Shown here: piece after piece, positions 57,714 through 64,000 of the stretch | Layout: each line of letters opens with the position of its first letter | Position numbering within the stretch: the stretch's first letter is position 1 | Sequence record: LC768500.1 | Reading direction: 5' to 3' (one strand) | DNA: 64,000 nt | Source of the DNA: Klebsiella phage phiKp_32 | Made by a program: the position numbers and the translations under genes | The notes under the pieces: generated by a model | The model's database searches: none | The model's input: only the letters and a program-made list of their open reading frames with translations | What the model was told of the DNA's origin: nothing

Positions 57714-58979
57714 ATGAGTAAATTGTTTCTGGATCTGCTGGCTCGTCAGGGCAACGAAAACCTGGAAATCGAACTGGGTAATGGCGATACCGCTGTAATC
57801 GTTCCTGAGTCGGCCGAAGAAATCGCTGAAATGGCTGCTGAAAACGTTGTTGCCGAAACTTCCGAAGCGCTGGAAGAACACGCCGGCGACGTTGAAGACC
57901 TGTGCGACAAAGTTGAAGAACTGGAAGAGCAGGTTGAAGAACTGCAAGAAGTCGTTGAAGGCGCCGAAGCCCTCCTGCAACCGGGTACCCAGTGGAACCC
58001 TGCTGCGTTCGCTCTGCTGTATGCTCGCGGTGAAAAACTGAACGCCAAAATGAGCGATGCTGTCGTTCCGGTTATGGGCGCGGAATCTCTGGCTGACGCG
58101 ACTACTGCCGAACTGTCTGCTCGTGAAGGCCTGGAAGCTATGGGCGCAACCGTGAAAAAATGGGGTTCTCAGGCGATCGCGTTCATCAAGAAAATCTGGG
58201 ATAGCCTGATCTCCTTCATCAAAGGCCTGTTCTCCAAAGCCACCGCGGTTAAGAACAAAGCGAAAGCGGTTGCCGCTCGCCTGGAAAAAACCAAAAAACT
58301 GAAAGAAACCATCAAGCTGGGCAAATGGAACGCGTTTGTCGGTGTTGGCGAAGGTCAGCCTAAATCTGCAACCGGTCTGTCCACTCTGATCGGCGCTGCC
58401 GGTAAAGTGGTAGCGGGTTCTGAAGCTCTGCTGTCTTCTCCGGGTAACGCCGCTGCGCTGGCAGGTCCGGTTAAAGAACTGAGCTCCGCTGCAGCTGGCC
58501 TGGACTCTGTTTTCGGCCCGGCTAAGAAAGCTGGCGGCGACAAAGCCGTTGCTGCTCACCAGTGGCGTGGTCTGACCATCGCGGTCGGTTATTACGCTGG
58601 TAAAGTCGAAACCTTCGAAGATGTTGCGAAAGCCGCTAAAGCCATCCGCATCTCCTGGAAAGTTTCCGGCGGTAAAACCTCTGGCGAACACAAAGTCACC
58701 GACGGCAAAGACGCGCTGAAAAAATACATCAGCGACGCCAACGCTCTGGTTGACTCCATCGCTTCTTCCAAAGTTGAAGCGCAGTATGGCGCGGCTAAAC
58801 GCGATCGCATCATCGGCCTGCTGAAAGCAGCTGATACCAAAGACGGCGAAGACGTGGGTAAAGCAGTTAACGCAGTGAAAGCTGCTCAGACCGCTCTGTC
58901 CTCTGTAACGACTTCCGCGACCCGTCTGGGCCTGGCTATCGCTAACGGCGAACTCGACTACGTACGTGCTTGCCTGTAA
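57714..58979 (+). CDS. abundant Ala/Lys/Glu-rich protein (421 aa) with acidic coiled-coil N-terminus; strongly codon-optimised
   Basis: Uniform CTG/CGT/GGT/GAA/AAA optimal-codon usage; EELEEQVEELQEVVEG coiled-coil segment. Confidence 0.6.
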   Translation: MSKLFLDLLARQGNENLEIELGNGDTAVIVPESAEEIAEMAAENVVAETSEALEEHAGDVEDLCDKVEELEEQVEELQEVVEGAEALLQPGTQWNPAAFALLYARGEKLNAKMSDAVVPVMGAESLADATTAELSAREGLEAMGATVKKWGSQAIAFIKKIWDSLISFIKGLFSKATAVKNKAKAVAARLEKTKKLKETIKLGKWNAFVGVGEGQPKSATGLSTLIGAAGKVVAGSEALLSSPGNAAALAGPVKELSSAAAGLDSVFGPAKKAGGDKAVAAHQWRGLTIAVGYYAGKVETFEDVAKAAKAIRISWKVSGGKTSGEHKVTDGKDALKKYISDANALVDSIASSKVEAQYGAAKRDRIIGLLKAADTKDGEDVGKAVNAVKAAQTALSSVTTSATRLGLAIANGELDYVRACL

Positions 58980-59007
58980 TCCCTCGGGATGGTTGTTTAA
59001 ATCAAGA

Positions 59008-59040
59008 GAGGGGAGTCCTTAGGGGCTCCCCTCCCTATTT
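59008..59040 (+). terminator. rho-independent terminator
   Basis: gaggggagtcc-ttag-gggctcccctc followed by cctatttt. Confidence 0.5.
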
Positions 59041-59057
59041 TGCATTTGAGAGGATTT

Positions 59058-60131
59058 ATGTCTACCCCTTACACTCAAAAAGGCATGTCCATGTCTCTCG
59101 CAGAAGAATACGAGGGAGATAAAAAGAAATTAGATCGTTACATTGAAGGTACTCCTGATAACGTAGGGCGGTATAAAAAAGTAGCGTCAGTTATTGGTAA
59201 AGAGCCCGGCCATCTTACTGTCGATAAAGATACGGGAGACAATACCGCCGGCACAGAAGAATTTGATATCGACGAAGCCGTTCTTAATTTCCCAGAAGAT
59301 GAGAATGTTGCTGGGATGGAAGACTTCGTAGAGTTTGCCAAGAAGGCAATAGTTCGATTAATGCGAATGATCAAGAATGCAGCTATCTTCATCTACGAGC
59401 TCGTCTTTAACAAGATTAGCCGCATTAAACACATTGCTCGTAAAGCAGAATATCAATTAAGAACACAGAGCCTAATACCCACTACCGTGCCTTACCCCAA
59501 AGGGACGCGTAAGATATTCATAGGACCGGCTTTACAGCTCAATGCTAACTGGACCCTTAAAAGCATTCAACAGGTCCAACTGTTTTACACCAGACTGATG
59601 AAAGCGCACGGTAATTTATTGGATGCGGCTAAATCGGGTAATTGGAGAAACAACCCTAATTTCATTTTTGAAACAGCGGCGACGTTCGCCAATGAAATTT
59701 GCCAGAATCATCACAGTGATTATTCTGAAACCCAAGTTCTCCCAGGCGGGAAAATCTACAGAGTGAATTATTCCAAAGGCAGTGGAAAAAATCGTCCTGG
59801 CGTTTCCCTTAGCCAGAAACTCTCCGTTCAACTTAATGATAAATCCTTTAAGCCGGATAGAGCGATTGCTGACGACCTCATGACGGCCCTGCAAGGATTC
59901 GCAGATAAGATCGGTAACGATCATCGCAGTCAAACCAGCACTTCCAGAAAAATGGAAGCGGCGATAAGAGACCTGGAACGTTATTATATCGATCCTGAGG
60001 CAAAACGCCATGCGGCGGCTTACTTCACTTGGTTGATTGATTTCCAACGTACGGTTCTGAGCACCGGTCTTCAGTATGTTTTCGGAACCCTGTTCGGTTA
60101 TGCTGAATTCATTTCGGCTAATGTTAAGTAG
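59058..60131 (+). CDS. hypothetical protein (ATG with gagagga SD; the table ORF starts at upstream TTG 59040)
   Basis: MSTPYTQKGMS… preceded by gagaggattt. Confidence 0.5.
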   Translation: MSTPYTQKGMSMSLAEEYEGDKKKLDRYIEGTPDNVGRYKKVASVIGKEPGHLTVDKDTGDNTAGTEEFDIDEAVLNFPEDENVAGMEDFVEFAKKAIVRLMRMIKNAAIFIYELVFNKISRIKHIARKAEYQLRTQSLIPTTVPYPKGTRKIFIGPALQLNANWTLKSIQQVQLFYTRLMKAHGNLLDAAKSGNWRNNPNFIFETAATFANEICQNHHSDYSETQVLPGGKIYRVNYSKGSGKNRPGVSLSQKLSVQLNDKSFKPDRAIADDLMTALQGFADKIGNDHRSQTSTSRKMEAAIRDLERYYIDPEAKRHAAAYFTWLIDFQRTVLSTGLQYVFGTLFGYAEFISANVK

Positions 60132-60139
60132 AGGTAGTT

Positions 60140-60550
60140 ATGTCAGCTGGTGTTATTAGCAAGAACATGTGGGTGAGTCTACTCTCTAAAGCCCTCAACG
60201 CCGATGCAAGTGTATTAGAATCTCAGACGTTTGTTTTTTCGCCGAGTAGCTCTGACGACCTAGTTAGAATTAGCGACGTTAGAGGTCCCGATTCCCCCGT
60301 TGTAATGAAGAAGTTTGATTTCGGCAAACTCACCTACGGGAGAAAGTTCGACGTTCGGCACATTCTTCAGGATTCTGAAAACAAAACAGCCGATGAGATT
60401 TTTGACTATTGGAAGAAATTGGTGCGACTCGATGACCTTGATCGCGGCGAGGTTGATTTGGTTAAAGACGAGTCGATCCTTTATATCTATTTCAAATCTT
60501 CATCTATCTGTTTCAAAGGAAGCGTTGAGGTGACGTATGCGGATCGGTAA
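60140..60550 (+). CDS. hypothetical protein (136 aa)
   Basis: agaggta SD upstream. Confidence 0.5.
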   Translation: MSAGVISKNMWVSLLSKALNADASVLESQTFVFSPSSSDDLVRISDVRGPDSPVVMKKFDFGKLTYGRKFDVRHILQDSENKTADEIFDYWKKLVRLDDLDRGEVDLVKDESILYIYFKSSSICFKGSVEVTYADR

Positions 60551-61877
60551 TTATTTATTTCAAAACATACGTACCGCTTTGACCCTATTAGGTATTGTGT
60601 TTCAGATTCAAACGAGGAAACCTACTCAAGAAGAGTCAGATATTCTCGTTAACGGATTCAGGGAACTTGACGTTTCGCCTGCAGTTTATCAAGAAAACGC
60701 ATTACTGGCCTTACAGCTAGTGATTAAACGTTATATAGAGGATCTGGAAGCGTCCTTCTATGAACTTAGTCAATTGCACGGATTAGTCCCAAAATCTCTT
60801 CATAACGTGTTAGGGGAGCTTATAGAGGGAATTAGGAAAACAAACAGCGACGACCTTGTGGAATATTTCGATGAGGGGTTGTTAAAAGAACAATCCATTC
60901 GTAGTTTGTTTACACCTATCCCTGAAGACGAACTGGTCGAATCGGAACATTACGAGACGCTCAAAAGCATTTATAACGAAACCGTTACCAATCTCCTCAA
61001 CGAATTGGAAGAGGACATTGATCCTTCGATTCTTCCGGTAATAGAAGATGGAGTACGCGATCTTAATTTGATCGAATTTATTTTACAGTATTTCGAATTG
61101 TCTAATTACGACAATGTCTCGGAGGAAGAGATGAAATATAGTCAGGTTAAAGCCAAGCTTGATGAAATTGAAACTGCGGTCATTAGCGGGGCGGAAGAAT
61201 TCAAAACGCTCATTAATGATTCTCCAGTATCGGGAATGGAAGCGGGGTTCGTCGATACCGTTAAAGCCGGGATTGCCAAAGTCGTTGACACCATCAAAAC
61301 CGCACTGAAAACCCTTCTCGATTTCTTTGCTGGACGTAAGAAAGATGCTGCTAGTCAGATCGCAGATATCAAAGAGAAGTTCAATAAACAAATCGAAGAT
61401 CTAAAGGCCGCTGGTAACGATAAGCTTGAGATCGATCAAGAGAATATCAAGAAAACCATTGATATGTTGGAGAAGGCTGATCTTAGCGAAGTCGCCAATC
61501 ATTTCAAAGGGGTGAACGATGCAACAGGTGCTATCTCAGCGTACACCGCGGCATTGTCTGATCTGGAAAAACTCTGCAAGCCGGATGACGCCGATAAACA
61601 ATTGGGGGATACGCAAAGTAAACTCAATGAACTTTCCGGGACTCAGGTCAACGTGAACAACGACGCGCCAGCAGAAGAGAAGTCAACCCTGAAAGAGGTC
61701 GTTGGTGAGCGCACCAAAGCTCTACAAGAGAAGTTCGCAGAAGCCAAAGAGAGTGTGAAGAATTTTATCAAACCTCTGTCCGCTATGGAGCGTCTCAATA
61801 GTACTCTGGGTAAAGTCATCAAAAAGAAATCAGAGAAGGAAGAAAAAGTCTCTGGTAACGAAGCCTGGATGGAGTAA
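60537..61877 (+). CDS. hypothetical acidic/coiled-coil protein (446 aa)
   Basis: gaggtga SD upstream; E/D/K-rich. Confidence 0.55.
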   Translation: MRIGNYLFQNIRTALTLLGIVFQIQTRKPTQEESDILVNGFRELDVSPAVYQENALLALQLVIKRYIEDLEASFYELSQLHGLVPKSLHNVLGELIEGIRKTNSDDLVEYFDEGLLKEQSIRSLFTPIPEDELVESEHYETLKSIYNETVTNLLNELEEDIDPSILPVIEDGVRDLNLIEFILQYFELSNYDNVSEEEMKYSQVKAKLDEIETAVISGAEEFKTLINDSPVSGMEAGFVDTVKAGIAKVVDTIKTALKTLLDFFAGRKKDAASQIADIKEKFNKQIEDLKAAGNDKLEIDQENIKKTIDMLEKADLSEVANHFKGVNDATGAISAYTAALSDLEKLCKPDDADKQLGDTQSKLNELSGTQVNVNNDAPAEEKSTLKEVVGERTKALQEKFAEAKESVKNFIKPLSAMERLNSTLGKVIKKKSEKEEKVSGNEAWME

Positions 61878-61883
61878 AGAGAA

Positions 61884-62672
61884 ATGATTAATTCTGCTTT
61901 CACTCCCGGATTTTTAGCAGTGTTGGGTTCGCAATACACTCTTACTGATATCCAATCTGTAGACGACACCACGAGTGAACTCAAAGCAACTTTAGGGGAA
62001 ACTCCAAAAACCTTTAGATTCCCAAAAATGGATATTGGGGATATGTTTGTCGGCGCTCCCCTTATCAGCTTTGGCACTCCCGGTGAGCTCATTAACGACG
62101 TGATCGCCAGAGCCATGAACCATCATGAAGCTGGATTAGTTAGCGGCGTGGATTTCGATTTAGGTGAAGAGCAATTAGATTTCCAAGAAGGTACAAGCGT
62201 TTACCTTAATGTTAAGATACTCTCTTCATCTTTGATGTACAAAGGGAGCTTCGGACTAACCATTTATCGTGCTGACCTGTCGCCGCTCACCCAACCCATT
62301 GAACGTGATCTGACATCAACGATTCCTGATTACTCTTCACTGGACTGGATGGTGTATCTCAGTACTCGGATTTTTAATGTCGAGTACGATATTGAAATCG
62401 GCGATGTCATTCCTGAGTCTTGGAAAACCCCACTGTGGCCATTGCTTTACACCATGGATCAGGCTTTCAATATCGACGATGTGTTGGACGCGATTACGGG
62501 TTCCGAAGTGCTGGAAAAATACACGGATGAAATTTCCAACCTGTCGGTGATCAAGTTAGAGAGCGGAGAACTCACCCTTCGGTACACCTTTGACAAGACC
62601 CAGACCGTAACCTACATTACCGATTTTGAACTCCCCGGCGACCCAGCTATCACTGACGCGTTACTCCCTTAA
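61884..62672 (+). CDS. hypothetical protein (262 aa)
   Basis: ggagtaaagag SD upstream. Confidence 0.55.
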   Translation: MINSAFTPGFLAVLGSQYTLTDIQSVDDTTSELKATLGETPKTFRFPKMDIGDMFVGAPLISFGTPGELINDVIARAMNHHEAGLVSGVDFDLGEEQLDFQEGTSVYLNVKILSSSLMYKGSFGLTIYRADLSPLTQPIERDLTSTIPDYSSLDWMVYLSTRIFNVEYDIEIGDVIPESWKTPLWPLLYTMDQAFNIDDVLDAITGSEVLEKYTDEISNLSVIKLESGELTLRYTFDKTQTVTYITDFELPGDPAITDALLP

Positions 62673-62678
62673 CAACGA

Positions 62679-62725
62679 GAATCTGGCCCCAGAAAGGCCA
62701 GATTCTATGACCTTATATTTTTAAT
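62679..62725 (+). terminator. terminator-like hairpin
   Basis: gaatctggcc-ccagaaa-ggccagattc followed by a T-rich tract. Confidence 0.4.
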
Positions 62726-62742
62726 AGAAGAGGACGTTATTG

Positions 62743-64000
62743 TGCTCAGAACGTTTGTAAAGGCAGGGGAAACGTACCGTAACGCTCTTTATCCTGCAAT
62801 CATCGAATCCCTTCGTCGGGTTTTAGAATTCTACTCGCTGACAGGGATTGACAAAGTGTATTTCAACGGCGATGCAGAAGTCTCTAAGCAACTTTTTTCT
62901 GACATCGATAGTGGAGTAAGGGCGGACAGACAAACCGATTTCAAATTAATCAATAAACTTTATATCGTCACCGAAGAGCAACCTTCCGTCTTTAACAATG
63001 GTTACGGTAATGCCCAGAGAACGATTACCAACAGACCGGTGTGGAAGACGGACGACGATAAAGTTATGATCATCCCTACCTACGATGGAAGAGAGATCAC
63101 GGTTGATGTTAACGCCCACTTCAGGACAAGGCAAGAAGCCCGTAATTTCCGTAACAGTTTAGAGCAGGCTAGAAATCGTCAGGCTAACGACCTTAATTTC
63201 AACGCCCACGTCCATTACCCGCTGAACCTGGAAATTATCTACTTCCTTACCACCATTCACAAACGGTTAGTGAACGCAGGCCAGGTTACCGATGAGTTTG
63301 CCCCATGGTTCTTTAAGAATGCGTGCATGCCATTCACCACGATAACTAACCCGGCCGGGAATAACACTCAGGTCGTTTTACAACAAAGACGTGATGAGAT
63401 TGGGATATTCTTTGAAGAACCCACTATTGCGTTGACCCGTAAATCCAACGAATATCTGGGCCGGTACGAAGTTTCTTTCCGTTATAAGTTCTACTGGAAC
63501 GAACAGACCGATTGGGACTTGCGTTACCCTCTAATGATCTATCAACAGCCGTTAGATCAAATGTACATGCCTAAACCTCAGTTGGGTTACCGGAATGGGT
63601 TTAACCCCCATGCTTTTGTAGAGTTGGGTATGATTAACTTGTTGCTGAAAAGCAGGACAAAACATTCACCTTACTATCAGCGAATTCCGGAATACGACAT
63701 GTGGGTTCCACCAGGACAACGTTGGTTAGACACGCAGTTAACAATCGCGATTACGGTTCGAGACGAGGCGAACGTCCCTCTTATTAATATCGTTAATGAT
63801 ATTCCTAATTGGACCTGGGATGACGACTTCTTGGAACACATGTTAAAGTATCGCGAAAACCTCTTCACCCGCCATGAAGACATTTTCCATATTCAGGTTT
63901 ATTCTGATGACATTTTAGTGCTTCCAGAACAACTCAGTATGGATGAGGAAGGGAACATACTTCTTAATCGTAAACCGACGATGGGTAATGTATATCGGGT
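62743..64000 (+). CDS. hypothetical protein, 3'-partial (runs off window); GTG start; not in ORF table
   Basis: gaagagga SD then GTG; no stop in this frame to position 64000. Confidence 0.45.

Noticed and set aside
1-64000. CRISPR arrays, retron or DGR-type reverse transcriptase, integrase or attachment sites
   Set aside because: No regularly spaced direct repeats and no YxDD-containing ORF were found. No tyrosine or serine recombinase signatures were seen. The only direct repeats are the paralogous introns and the shared N-terminal gene module.

Overview
This window is the 5' end of a contig from a nucleus-forming jumbo phage of the phiKZ/Chimalliviridae type. Positions 7-72 are an Illumina P7/index adapter, followed by GC-rich junk to about 116. 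Background sequence is AT-rich with about 85 CDS in alternating strand blocks. A subset of genes uses enterobacterial-style optimal codons (CTG, CGT, GGT, AAC), which suggests very high expression. The recognisable core is a PhuZ-like tubulin (2770-3732) and a candidate chimallin (11014-13026). As with phiKZ gp54/gp55, the chimallin candidate is followed by an RNAP beta' N-terminal gene. That gene is interrupted by an HNH-containing group I intron and by a second short intervening sequence; the two flank a 12-nt micro-exon encoding DFDG of the NADFDGD active site. An RNAP beta C-terminal gene (27464-31400) carries a paralogous group I intron and HNH gene. Two different beta' C-terminal genes (31384-33363 on + and 36702-37994 on -) indicate two multisubunit RNAP sets. 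Other calls: an SF2 helicase, an SbcD/Mre11-like nuclease, a family-B-like polymerase/exonuclease, an HExxH membrane metalloprotease, and an SSB-like protein ending in an E. coli SSB C-terminal-tip mimic (DDFAEDIPF). Also present are a protein with a Q/Y-rich prion-like tail, paralogous N-terminal modules in two distant genes, and a family of terminator hairpins sharing a TACTCCTACYC stem. A textbook type I hammerhead ribozyme sits at 1511-1592 in an ORF-poor structured leader, and a promoter-to-terminator 41-aa membrane-peptide cassette lies at 17932-18057. Printed coordinates and the ORF table disagree by 1 nt in places (e.g. 15990-16460), so boundaries are +/-2 nt.
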